NCBI GenBank assembly: GCA_918797485.1
Contig: CAKKNE010000002.1
Coordinates: forward strand, 1,116,001 to 1,180,000
From: Pelagomonas calceolata
Lineage: Eukaryota
Length of the DNA: 64,000 nucleotides
Reading direction: 5' to 3'
Below, in pieces: positions 1 to 9,804 of the stretch (the first letter of the stretch is position 1; each line of letters opens with the position of its first letter). The notes under the pieces are model-generated. The model was not told the origin of the DNA. It did no database searches and saw nothing but the letters and a program-made list of their open reading frames with translations. Position numbers and translations under genes: made by a program.

Positions 1-5
1 CCGTC

Positions 6-3000
6 GTGCGCGCCAAGGACGGCGAGCTGGCGCGGCTGGCTCCATTATTATCTCGGGCGGCCGCCGAGGCCGTCGTCGTGGACGCCAAGGACGCGGAACT
101 AAAACGTGCTGGTGCTGCGCTGGCCGAAGCGCGGAGCGACGCGGACAAAGCGGCTGAAGAGCTCGGGAAAGCGCGCGACGCCGCCGCTCGGAGCGAAGAC
201 GCGACGGAACCCGAGGCGGCCGCGCCCGACACCAGGGACGAGGAACTCGCGCGGCTGCGGGCGGAGCTCGCCGACGCGCGCGGGCGGGAAGCTACCGAAA
301 CCACTGCCGCCGAGGCGACGGACTCCGCCGAGGAGCCGCCGGTGCCTCCATTGGTAAGCCGCGCGCCGCGCGACCTCAGGGGGGACCTCGTCGCGTCGGT
401 CCGGTCGCTGGGCTCGCCGCGGCGCGACCCCGCGGCGGAGGCCGCGGCGATCGCCGCGGCCGTGCGCGTCGCGCGCGCGGCGAGCCGGCGCATCAAGTCG
501 CACGGCGACGAGCCCGACGACGCGCCGGCGCCCGTGGCGGCGCCCGCCGCCGATGGCACGGACGGCGAGCCGTCGGCGCTACGTCTCGCCGTCGCCGCCA
601 GGGCCGAGGCGAGCCGCATCAGGGCCGACGCCGAGGCCGAGGCGGCGCGCATCGTCGACGCCGCGACCGCCGAGGCGGCGCGCATCACCGGAGACGCGGC
701 GGCTCTGATGAGACGCGAGGCCGTCGAGGCGCGGGACGGCCCGTCCGAGGAGTTGACCGACGCCGCGGCTGAGGCCAAGCGTTTACTTTCCGAGGCCGAG
801 GCCGAGGCGACACGCGTCAAGACCGAGGCCGCGGAGGCCGCCGCGCGCATCCGGGCCGAGGCCGCCGCCACTGGCGGCGGCGACCCCGCCGCCGTCGAGG
901 CCGCCGTCGCCGAAGCTTTAGCGGCCGCCGTGCCCGAGGCGGTGCGGACGGCGCTCGCGGCGAACGACGCCGCGCACCGCGAGGAGGCCGAGGCCCTGGC
1001 GCGGCGCGTCCAGGCGAAGCTCGAAGCATTAAAGAAGCTGACGCGGGCCCTCGCGAAGCTACGGATGCAGGTTTCTCAGGAAGCGGCGCCGGAGGAGACA
1101 ACTTCCATAAAATGTTCCGCGGACGCGAAGACGGCGCTGTTCCGGTCGTCGGACGCCTGGGCCGCGGCCATGGAGGCCATCGAGCCCTCGATTGCTGCTT
1201 TACTAGATTCCTTAGCCGCGGCGGCGCGGGAGAACGACGAAGACCGAGTATCTTCCTTAAAAGCGGCCCTCGCCGAGCAGGACGTGGCGGAGCTAGGGAG
1301 AGCCCTCGCGAGGTTGCGCGACGGTCGCTGGGCGCAGGCGCCGGGCAACCCTGACGGTACGCAGTGGGACGTGGAATTCCGGGATACGTTCAGCGATGCC
1401 AAAGAAGGCAGAAAGGACGAGCGCATGGTCTGGCGGCCGCGCATCCCTGCTGTTAAGAACGACGGCCCGCGCGAGGTGGCCCTTGTAGAAGCTCTTGCTA
1501 AACAGCCGCTCGGGGAACTAGCCGCGGCGGCGAGCGTCGAGTACAAGAAGCTCGTGGCGCAGTGCGCGTCGGCGGAAACGTCGCGAAGAGATAAGATCGA
1601 CGTCGCCGACGATTTGAGGTTGGGTTGCCGGAGCTACCACGCGTTGCGGGACGCCGTCGACGCGGTCGGTGGGTGGGCTGCAGCAATATTAACTGAAGAC
1701 GGCACGCCCGACGACGCAATCGAATTGGACACGTGGCCCTGTGATGATCGGGCGAGGATGCAGCATGTATTGTTAGAGCATTTACGGGGCGAGACGAGTC
1801 GTCTCGAGGAGAAGGCCCGGGAAACATCTAGGAAGCTACGGGAAGCTAGGGGCGCGTCGCACGCCCAGGCCGACGAATTGGTCTCCAATAAACTAAGGAA
1901 GGCCCTGGCGCGGGAGGCCGACCGCATCTCCCAAGCGGCGGTGGCCGCGGAGAGAGCTAGAGTGGCTTCGGAGTTTGGGGTTCATACACTGCCAGAAATC
2001 GTGGACAGCTGCGCGTCGCCCATCATGTGGGATTCGTACGACGAGGCGACGCAGTCGTCTCCTGTCGGATTCGCGTCGCCCTCTTTTGATGCGGCGTGCC
2101 AATCAGTGGTGTATCAGAGCGAAGAGGGGTCGCAGTGCGAGTCGCCGTCCAGGAGGGAGCTCGTGTATACTGCGACCAAACAAGCTATTGCGCTCAATAG
2201 TAAGACGGTAGCCGAGCTGGAAGCCGAGCGCTTAAGGCACGGCGCGAAGATTCTCGACCACGAAGCCGCGGTCGCGGCCCTCGAAGCGACCGTTGCCCTC
2301 ATGAACTCGCAGAATGAAGACTTGGCGTCGCAGTTGGCCATGTCGCGGGACGAGGCCTCGAAACACTTGGAGGTACAGGTTCAACTCCAAAGACGCCTGC
2401 AGAAGCTGCTCGCGCAGGCGTCGGAGCTGAACGCGGAGCGTGCTGGATTAGTATTTGATAAAGCGAGGGAGTCTGCTGCTTTAGATAATGTGGAACGTAG
2501 ATTAGCGGATCTCCAGGAGGGCTCTGAGGACGATAGTGACGAGGACGAGGAGCCGTCGCGGCCGGCGTCGGCGCTACCGTCGCGCGCCACGACGGCGGCC
2601 ATCGATTCGCGCCCGTCGACGGGAGCTCTCAGCGATCTGCAGGGCAGGGACCCGTCCTTCGACCGCCATGTTAGGAGAGCTCTCCGGTACCAGCGCCGCA
2701 CGCTCGGCCAGCGCTTAAAGACGATCTTGCGACGCATTAATCAAGTCGACGCCGAGAAAGATTTACTAACTGAAAAGATCGTGGCGACGCAGTGGGTCCA
2801 CCGCCAGCCCCAAGTTGTGGTCTCTGGCAAGCCGTACGCTCATATTGCCCAGTACGCGCGGGCTCATCAAAGGTCTCAAAGCGCCCGGACGTGGAAGCAA
2901 GGGAGCACGTTGGGTGGCGTGTTACCTCCATCATTGCGAGGGCCGGTGCTGGACCTGTTGCCGCCCATCGCGCTGCCGAATGGCTCGGGCTCACCAAAAG

Positions 3001-3791
3001 ATTTCCGGCCGGGTCGAGTGCTCAAGGTGCCCATGGAACATATAGGAATGGACCCGCTGGGGTCGCCGGGCAAGGCTTTGTCCATCCGGAAGCCGCCCTT
3101 GTTTTCCGACGGCTCGATGCGTCATAGAAGGGGGTCGCGGTGCTCGACGCCCGAGAAAGCGGATGTATTAGCGTACTGTCATGCTAATGACGAGAACTGT
3201 ACTCGGGATAACCGCGACGCGCGGATCGTGGACCAGCGCATCGCGGACCAGACGCCGTTGCGGACGCCCGAAGGATTTTCTGTCGCGCGGTCGCCCGAAG
3301 CGTCATCGCCAAACAAGCACAACTTCGCCTGGTCGCCAGATCGGCGCGTCGTGGCCCGTAAGTTTGAACGGGAGGACACGCCGCCGGATATGGCCGCGAC
3401 GGTGCAAGCGGGCGACGCCGAGGTGATCGTCGGCCGCGTCACCAATCAAAATGAAGTCTTGGCGGAAGATCTGGCCGAGAAGGCGGAAGAGTGCACTTCT
3501 TTCATGGGTTCTCCGGTTCTGGCCACCGTGGGGCCGCCGACGTGGAAGCCCCCGGAGCCCGATCCCGACGCGCCGCCGGGCGCGACCATCTACGTGCCCT
3601 ACGCGCCGGCCTTCGGCGGGCGCAGTGCCAAACGCGCGAACGGCGGGCGCGCGCTGCGGCCGAACCGAGGGATGTTGACCGTCGCGGACGCGGGGAAGCG
3701 CCTCGAGGAATCGTTATCTTCCGCCCAGGACGCGCTCGAGAGACGGAAACGCGTCGTCCATACTACTGTGCCCCGTGCTTCGGGGGCGTAA
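6..3791 (+). CDS. Large Ala/Glu-rich coiled-coil protein, probably 5'-incomplete at the window edge
   Basis: 1261-codon open frame with heptad-like AEAEAARI repeats. It begins at GTG at the window edge and stops at TAA 3789-3791. No catalytic motif recognised. Confidence 0.75.
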   Translation: MRAKDGELARLAPLLSRAAAEAVVVDAKDAELKRAGAALAEARSDADKAAEELGKARDAAARSEDATEPEAAAPDTRDEELARLRAELADARGREATETTAAEATDSAEEPPVPPLVSRAPRDLRGDLVASVRSLGSPRRDPAAEAAAIAAAVRVARAASRRIKSHGDEPDDAPAPVAAPAADGTDGEPSALRLAVAARAEASRIRADAEAEAARIVDAATAEAARITGDAAALMRREAVEARDGPSEELTDAAAEAKRLLSEAEAEATRVKTEAAEAAARIRAEAAATGGGDPAAVEAAVAEALAAAVPEAVRTALAANDAAHREEAEALARRVQAKLEALKKLTRALAKLRMQVSQEAAPEETTSIKCSADAKTALFRSSDAWAAAMEAIEPSIAALLDSLAAAARENDEDRVSSLKAALAEQDVAELGRALARLRDGRWAQAPGNPDGTQWDVEFRDTFSDAKEGRKDERMVWRPRIPAVKNDGPREVALVEALAKQPLGELAAAASVEYKKLVAQCASAETSRRDKIDVADDLRLGCRSYHALRDAVDAVGGWAAAILTEDGTPDDAIELDTWPCDDRARMQHVLLEHLRGETSRLEEKARETSRKLREARGASHAQADELVSNKLRKALAREADRISQAAVAAERARVASEFGVHTLPEIVDSCASPIMWDSYDEATQSSPVGFASPSFDAACQSVVYQSEEGSQCESPSRRELVYTATKQAIALNSKTVAELEAERLRHGAKILDHEAAVAALEATVALMNSQNEDLASQLAMSRDEASKHLEVQVQLQRRLQKLLAQASELNAERAGLVFDKARESAALDNVERRLADLQEGSEDDSDEDEEPSRPASALPSRATTAAIDSRPSTGALSDLQGRDPSFDRHVRRALRYQRRTLGQRLKTILRRINQVDAEKDLLTEKIVATQWVHRQPQVVVSGKPYAHIAQYARAHQRSQSARTWKQGSTLGGVLPPSLRGPVLDLLPPIALPNGSGSPKDFRPGRVLKVPMEHIGMDPLGSPGKALSIRKPPLFSDGSMRHRRGSRCSTPEKADVLAYCHANDENCTRDNRDARIVDQRIADQTPLRTPEGFSVARSPEASSPNKHNFAWSPDRRVVARKFEREDTPPDMAATVQAGDAEVIVGRVTNQNEVLAEDLAEKAEECTSFMGSPVLATVGPPTWKPPEPDPDAPPGATIYVPYAPAFGGRSAKRANGGRALRPNRGMLTVADAGKRLEESLSSAQDALERRKRVVHTTVPRASGA

Positions 3792-3843
3792 GGCTTATGT
3801 GCTAGTCCCACGCCGTCGATGGTGAGGGGTAAAACGAAGAACA

Positions 3844-4504
3844 TTAGCCCACGCTCCAGCCGTAGCGCGGATTGTCGCCGGCCACGTCGAGGTCGTGCGA
3901 CGGGCAGTCCGGCCCCCGGAGGCTCTCCGCGGCCTTCAGCGCCGCCGCCTGGCGCGGGGCGCGCACCGCGAGACTCAAATCGCGCAGGAAGCAGTCCGCG
4001 AGCCTGGCGTCCGTCGCCATGCACTCTTCATAAATTCGGCGGACCTTCGCCCGCATGCGCGCCTTCCGGCCCTTCGAGACGGCGGCGACGGCCGCGACGA
4101 CGGCGCTGAAGTTTTTTGCGAGGGACTCCGGCATGGATAACCGCGCCTGGGGCCAATCGACGAGGTGGCTATAAGGTAGGCTCATGCCATCTGCTAAGAT
4201 TACGGGTATCACGCCGGCGTTCATCGTCTCGCCGAAGCGCCAGCTCCACCTGCGCGGAACATATATATATGGCAACCAGTGTCCCGCCTCCACGCCATCG
4301 CCGCGATGTGGACCACACGGGACTGCGTGCCGCTCGTCGCCGCGCGGGAGCAGCCCGAACTCCGACGCCCGCAACAATTCTTGATATTGAACCTTGGACA
4401 TGCGGTCGCTCCGGTGCAGCAGCCCGTTCACCACAACCTTTTGCTTGTCGCCGCGCCACCGCTCGTAGGCCGCGAGCAGGTCCGGCCGCACCGTCGACGA
4501 ATTG
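3844..4504 (-). pseudogene. Exostosin-family (GT47) glycosyltransferase, 3' fragment lacking its 5' part
   Basis: Removing a GC-AG intron (4330-4250) gives YQELLRASEFGLLPRGDERWSWRFGETMNAGVIPVILADGMSLPYSHLVDW, the exostosin C-terminal signature. Upstream of about 4504 the DNA is the antisense of a TPR gene. Confidence 0.7.
4250..4330 (-). other. 81-nt in-frame GC-AG intron
   Basis: CG|GCACGC...TTCCGCGCAG|G. Removal restores PRGDERWSWRF. It contains the CGATGGCGTGGAGG motif shared with other introns here. Confidence 0.7.
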
Positions 4505-5029
4505 TTGTCCGTGAAAGAGGCCGAGTTGTCTACGTTTCGGCGCCTTGGCTCACCAGTAGAATACATCCTCGTCGGGCAAGGCAATCTTGCGAACACCTAT
4601 CAACATCTCGGACGGCTTGAAGAGGCCCTACGCCTGCGACAAGATGTATACTCTGGCCGTTTGAAGCTCAGTGGAAACGAAAGTAGAGACACCCTCATAG
4701 CAGCCAACAACTACGCGTTGTCTCTTGTTCATATGCAGCGCTACGCAGAAGCCAAGGCACTGTTGCGCAAAATGTTACCCGTGGCGCGACGCGTCCTCGG
4801 CGAGAATGACGAGACCACGCTCAGGATGAGGTGGTGTTACGCGGATATGCTCTACAAGAACGACAACGCGACGCTCGACGATCTCCGCGAAGCCGTGACG
4901 ATGCACGAGGACACGATACGGACCGCCCGGCGTGTCCTCGGCGGCGAACACCCACTCACCGTGGACATTGGCGCTTGCCTGCGAGACGCGCGAGCCGCCC
5001 TCCGCGCCCGCGAAGCGTCGAGTGCCTAA
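4505..5029 (+). pseudogene. C-terminal TPR fragment of the MYND-RING-TPR family, 5'-truncated
   Basis: GNLANTYQHLGRLEEAL...EAKALLRKMLPVARRVLG...LREAVT...ARRVLGGEHPLT. Similar to the C-terminus of 18782-19963 and to 38607-38909. It lacks the N-terminal domains. Confidence 0.7.
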
Positions 5030-5060
5030 GACTCCAGACAAAGCCTTTTACCCGCGAACC

Positions 5061-5733
5061 CTAGGACAGCAGCGCCTTGAACTCCTCGAACTCGATCTCC
5101 CCCGACAGATCCGTGTCGATCTTGTTGATGAGCTCCTCGATGTCTATCGTCAGGCCGAAGTCGTGCTTGATGATCTTGACCAAGGTCTCCCGCCGCACGT
5201 GGCCGCCCTTGTCCGGTTCGCCGCCGCACGCGACGAAGGCGTCGATCATGTCATTTTCATCATCAAAATTCTCCGCGCGCTCTTTTTGATTTTCAATGAC
5301 CTTGAGGAACTCGGCGAAGTCGATGCTACCGCTCATGTTCTCGTCGACCTCGGAGATCATCTGGAAGAGCTCCTCCTCGGTCGGCTTCTGGCCCATGGCC
5401 TCGAGGACCTGCCGCAGCTCCCACACATCAATCGTGCCGGACCTATCCTTGTCGAAGGCGAGGAAGGCGTCGCGGCAGCCTGCGTGACGCGTGGTGTGTG
5501 TGTGGCTTCCGGCGCGAGACGTCGTCTCGGCGCGTTCCGCTTCGTGTGTGTCTCGCTCGCGAGAGAACTTCTGGCGCGACGCGTCGTCGGCGTGCCGTCC
5601 CGTGTCTCTCGCAACCGTCCAGGGCGCTCTCGGTCGGCGGTGCGGAACAGGCTGGGCCTGTCTGGCATATGGCTGCCCCATTCTTAACACTCGAGACGGC
5701 GGCGGAGAGCTGAAGACGCTGGAGCCATGCCAT
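5061..5733 (-). CDS. Calmodulin-like EF-hand protein resembling flagellar outer-arm dynein light chain LC4
   Basis: EF-hands DKDRSGTIDVWE, DENMSGSIDFAE and DTDLSGEIEFEE, plus an LC4-like DAFVACGG segment. A GT-AG intron at 5615-5480 joins the exons in frame. Start codon uncertain. Confidence 0.8.
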
Positions 5734-6172
5734 CGATCTCGTCCTGGGAAAGCACCATCGCAGCGCCTTCCGGCAGCCTCCGCCTCACGCGGACGCGGCG
5801 CAGCTCGGCCGGGGCAGCGCGCTGCACGATTAGCCTGGGAGCCCGCACGCTCGTTTTCGAGCCCCGGGTATCGCGTGCGAGGCCGCGGACGCTCCCTGGC
5901 GCGGCCCGGAGAGCATCTGCGCATGTTCGTAAAAAACCGTGACGAACTCACGTTTTTGCTCAAGCGATATCATCGGGCTCCTACGAGCCACATGGACTCG
6001 CACAGGTTGCTCTGAGCGGCTCAAACGGTGCTCTGACCACACCGCTCGGGCTCACGCGAGAAGACCGCGTAACCAGAGGCTACACAGCGGCTGAGGACCG
6101 CCGAAGGCAGCAGCGACTGTTTTGCGCTCAGACGCCGGCGAACGTACGCTGAAAGGGAAAAGGAGATAAACC

Positions 6173-8746
6173 ATGCTCGCCGCGCGGGTCCCGACGGCCA
6201 TATCGCGCCAGGATTTGAGTCGCCTCGACGCCGCGTCGCCGAGAAGAAGCCCGCGGCACCAGCGGAGGGCCGTCTGGGAAGACCTTTGGGACCGGGAAGT
6301 CGTGGCCTACGCTGTCGTCTCCTTCTGCTACGCCCTCGGCCAGAGCCTGTACGACATCTTCCAGTCGCAGCAAGCCAAGCTCATGACGTCGTCGTTACTG
6401 CAGCGCTGGTCGGTCTCGGACGAGGACGGCTACGTGGCGGCCTACGCTTATGCTTTGCTCGTTTCGGCCTATGCCTTCGCGAAGGCCGTGTCGTCGCCGT
6501 ACGTGGGGTTCTTATCAGATAGATTTGGGAGGCGGCCCGTGCTCGTTGCCACATTAGTATGTACGGCTCTAGCGTTGTTACTCTGCGGCCGAGCGACGAC
6601 CTTCTCAGGTGTCCTAGCATGTCGGCTCTTCACGGGCTGCGTCGCAAATGGTGGGTTGTTGACGGCGAGAGCGACGGACATGGCCACTTCGCACATGAGA
6701 CGAACACGATTGTTCGCTTTATTCACGACGTCGTGGGCGGTAGCTAGAGTGGTAGCGGCGTGCCTCATGCGCGCCGTGAAGATGGAGATAGGCGGTGCGT
6801 GCACTCTCGCGTGTGGCTGCGAGTTCGCGGCGGCTTTGATTGCCGCGCTGGCCTTCCGGGAGCAGGGGTTGAGTCCGCAGCAGAAGCCGCGGAAGATGCC
6901 CGAACCGACCAAAACTAGACCGTCCCTGCGAGGTCTCGCACGCGAGGTGCTTTCCGAGAGATTGGCGTATGCGTTATTCATAACGGCCATGCTGACGCCG
7001 CGCGTGGACGCCGCTTCTTTTGTGTGGAAGAGATTTGGCGCGGGCCCGGAGGCCGTCGGTGTGCTCAAAGCGCTGGAGGCCGTGGCCGTCGTCGTCGTGT
7101 CATTGACGCCCGCGGCACAGGCGCTCGAAGTCCGTTTTGGAGGTGCTGGGGCGGCCGTTGTTGCCGCTTGTTGTGTCTCTGGAGGGTGGTTGGGAATTGC
7201 GGCGGCGCCGTCGATGTCGTTGCTCTACGTGTTGGTGTTTCTTAGGAGTTGTTGCGCGGCTTTGTACGATCCGGCGGCGCGATCCTTATGCTTCCAAAGG
7301 GCAACGTCCTCGAACCAGAAAAGCGGTTCTTTGATGGGCATCCAGAACAGCATGAAGGGCGCCACGCAAGTTTTCGGGTCCTGGCTCGGTGCTTACTTAA
7401 CGTCATTGTCCGTGGCATTGCCCCTCTTCGTCTCAGCAGCCTCGTCCCTAGCCAACGCGTTCAACATCGCGGTGGAGTGCGCCGAGGATGTTTTTGATTC
7501 CACAACAATAAAACACAAGAAGGACGACGACGCGTTCATTCCCAAAGATATACTACCGGCGACGCCGTCGCCCAAAAGACGGCCGCGCGTGCGCTCGGGC
7601 ACGCCGCCACCAGCTTCTCCGAAACTAGTCGTCGCCGAGGCCGTGTCGCCGCTGCCGCGCATCCCCTCGGGCAAGCCTTCTACTTTCCTACCTACCGCGA
7701 GTGTGGAGGCCGAGGCCTGGCCGCTACGCGCGTTTTTTGAAGTTGGTACTTCCGGAGGGAAACGAGCACGCTTACTATGCACGGGACCCACCCAACCCTA
7801 TAAACCGCGACGATCAGCGTCGCCTGCTCTGATTGGAGACGACGCAACAGATCTATCTAGAGTCTCGGTCCACGCCGTCGCCGCGTGGCTGCAATCTCGA
7901 GGTCAGGCCTTCGCGGCCCAGCAGGCTCGGGCCGCGGGCGTCGACGGCACCGCGTTACAAATAGGCGAGGCGGACGAGCTGCATGATGCTCTCGGCGGCG
8001 AGGTGTCCAAATTGGTCTGCCGAGCGATCTTGCGGGCCGCCCGGTCAAAAGCAGGAGCGCGCGACCTCCTCAAGTCCGTGTCGTCGGGCGAGGACTCTCC
8101 CACTTCTCCGTTGCTCAAGGGCGACGCTGGGGCTTTGTGCGGCCTGACGTCTGTCGGACGACGGCGGGCCTTGGAGCTGCGGTGCGTCGACGAGCCTCCG
8201 CAGTTAGTCGTGGTGGCGCCGGAACGAGCGGCACTCCAGACGGCGTTGCTAGCTTTCCGGCGGGGAGAACACGTATCAATGGACGACTCGCGGCGCTCGC
8301 GCGCGCTGAGCTCGGCGTCGGACTCGTCGTCGCGGATGACGCCGCCGCCGTCTCCTAGACTAGCCTTCCGGCCCGTGGACCAGACTGGCGTTCCTCGGTT
8401 CGTCGCGCACGACGCAGCGAGATATGCCCCAGCGTCGGCGACGCGCGAGTTAAGGTTGGAGTACGGCGCGGTGGACTTTGGCGCCTGCGACGACGGCGTG
8501 GACGACTCTGACTCAAATGATCCGCGGCGGCTGGCGCGGAACGCCTACGCGTTGCTCTGCTTCGTGCGAGCTAGGCCGGAGACCGATATTGCGATCGTGG
8601 CGGACGGCGCGGTGCTGGAGGCGCTCGTGAACGCGACGCGGGGCCACCGGGATAGATTGGCGCTCGATCCGAAGGCGATCCACGACTTCCGGCTGCGGTT
8701 CGAGGACGAGGGGAGCCTCGAGGACGAGGAGGCGATGGAGTGGTAG
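6173..8746 (+). CDS. MFS transporter with a long C-terminal soluble extension
   Basis: MFS motif A (GFLSDRFGRRPV) and multiple hydrophobic helices in the first ~440 aa. The tail has SAM-like and histidine-phosphatase-like segments. Confidence 0.8.
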   Translation: MLAARVPTAISRQDLSRLDAASPRRSPRHQRRAVWEDLWDREVVAYAVVSFCYALGQSLYDIFQSQQAKLMTSSLLQRWSVSDEDGYVAAYAYALLVSAYAFAKAVSSPYVGFLSDRFGRRPVLVATLVCTALALLLCGRATTFSGVLACRLFTGCVANGGLLTARATDMATSHMRRTRLFALFTTSWAVARVVAACLMRAVKMEIGGACTLACGCEFAAALIAALAFREQGLSPQQKPRKMPEPTKTRPSLRGLAREVLSERLAYALFITAMLTPRVDAASFVWKRFGAGPEAVGVLKALEAVAVVVVSLTPAAQALEVRFGGAGAAVVAACCVSGGWLGIAAAPSMSLLYVLVFLRSCCAALYDPAARSLCFQRATSSNQKSGSLMGIQNSMKGATQVFGSWLGAYLTSLSVALPLFVSAASSLANAFNIAVECAEDVFDSTTIKHKKDDDAFIPKDILPATPSPKRRPRVRSGTPPPASPKLVVAEAVSPLPRIPSGKPSTFLPTASVEAEAWPLRAFFEVGTSGGKRARLLCTGPTQPYKPRRSASPALIGDDATDLSRVSVHAVAAWLQSRGQAFAAQQARAAGVDGTALQIGEADELHDALGGEVSKLVCRAILRAARSKAGARDLLKSVSSGEDSPTSPLLKGDAGALCGLTSVGRRRALELRCVDEPPQLVVVAPERAALQTALLAFRRGEHVSMDDSRRSRALSSASDSSSRMTPPPSPRLAFRPVDQTGVPRFVAHDAARYAPASATRELRLEYGAVDFGACDDGVDDSDSNDPRRLARNAYALLCFVRARPETDIAIVADGAVLEALVNATRGHRDRLALDPKAIHDFRLRFEDEGSLEDEEAMEW

Positions 8747-9088
8747 TTGTAATTCATAGACATACATCATAGCCTATTTGTTTGGCAGATACCTCGAGCG
8801 GCAGGGCACGCGCTCGCGCAGCGCGCGATAGCGGCCGCCGAGCTCGCGCGCGTCGAAGGCCGCGACGTCGGCCACGTGCTGTTCCTTCTCCGCCGGCGTC
8901 GCGCCGCTCGAGTGGCTCCGCGCCGCGGCCCCGCCCGCGCCGAGGCATTATATCCGCGCCTTTGCGAACCCTCGTTCGCTAGTTCACACAGAAGAGGGTA
9001 TTCGAACAGTCCGGCTGCAGCGGCGACGCGCCCCCCGCCGACGGCGGATCGGTCCCCAATAAGTAGCTATACTTGTCGTTTTATCCGT

Positions 9089-9804
9089 TAACATATCCCG
9101 TCGACGGGATATGTTATACGGCACTCAGCGTGGAGGTCAAATGCGGCACTTCCGCAAGGATCTCAAAACCGCCACTCGGCTCGGCTCGGTGCGGTACTAG
9201 ACCCGTTTAAGTCTATTATTTACACCACTAAAAATTCAAATTTCAAATTAAAAGCAAGCATGCCATTTGTGTTGGAAGTGGTGCGCTTCATTCAAGACCG
9301 CGACGAGTGGATGGCAACGGGCGGCAAGCTGGAACATGTAGGATACATGCGTGCCCATTTTCGCACGAAGAAGGATGCGGCGTCGTACTACGATCGTCAC
9401 AACCCACGCATGCGAGGGTTGAACGCTTACAACACATGGAGAAGCGACTGGGATCCGACCACAAGTCTGATGTACATTGTGCGAAAAGACCATGACCTGA
9501 ATCAGACGATACCTCCATTCGATCCGAAAGATGAACCAGCCATCGAGCGCACGGAAAGCGAAGTTTGTATTAAATACCGTTGGTTACGCTGATTTCCGGC
9601 AGACATTTGAAATACACTAGGCTAAATCTATTATCCCCTTTAAAATTAATCCATTTTGGCTTACGATTTTGCGTTTTGTGTCTGCGCGTTGTCGTCTACC
9701 GTTTTAAAGGGAAAGTGGGTTTTTGAGTTTTGGGCCGAGTGCCGCGTTTGAGGTCTCCCTAAGTGAAAGTGCCGTATAACATATCCCGTCGACGGGATAT
9801 GTTA
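9089..9804. mobile_element. 716-bp non-autonomous TIR element with palindromic ends and a CCGT target-site duplication
   Basis: TAACATATCCCGTCGACGGGATATGTTATACGGCACT at 9089-9125 is the exact reverse complement of 9768-9804. CCGT lies at 9085-9088 and 9805-9808. The interior is AT-rich and encodes no transposase. Confidence 0.9.
9260..9592 (+). CDS. 110-aa hypothetical cargo protein resembling giant-virus (NCLDV) hypothetical proteins
   Basis: Intact, intronless ATG-TGA ORF preceded by AT-rich AAAAATTCAAATTTCAAATTAAAA. The segment HVGYM..F.TKKDAASYYDRHNP.MR.LNA...SDWDP.T.L.YIVR recalls viral-metagenome proteins (from memory, unverified). Confidence 0.7.
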   Translation: MPFVLEVVRFIQDRDEWMATGGKLEHVGYMRAHFRTKKDAASYYDRHNPRMRGLNAYNTWRSDWDPTTSLMYIVRKDHDLNQTIPPFDPKDEPAIERTESEVCIKYRWLR

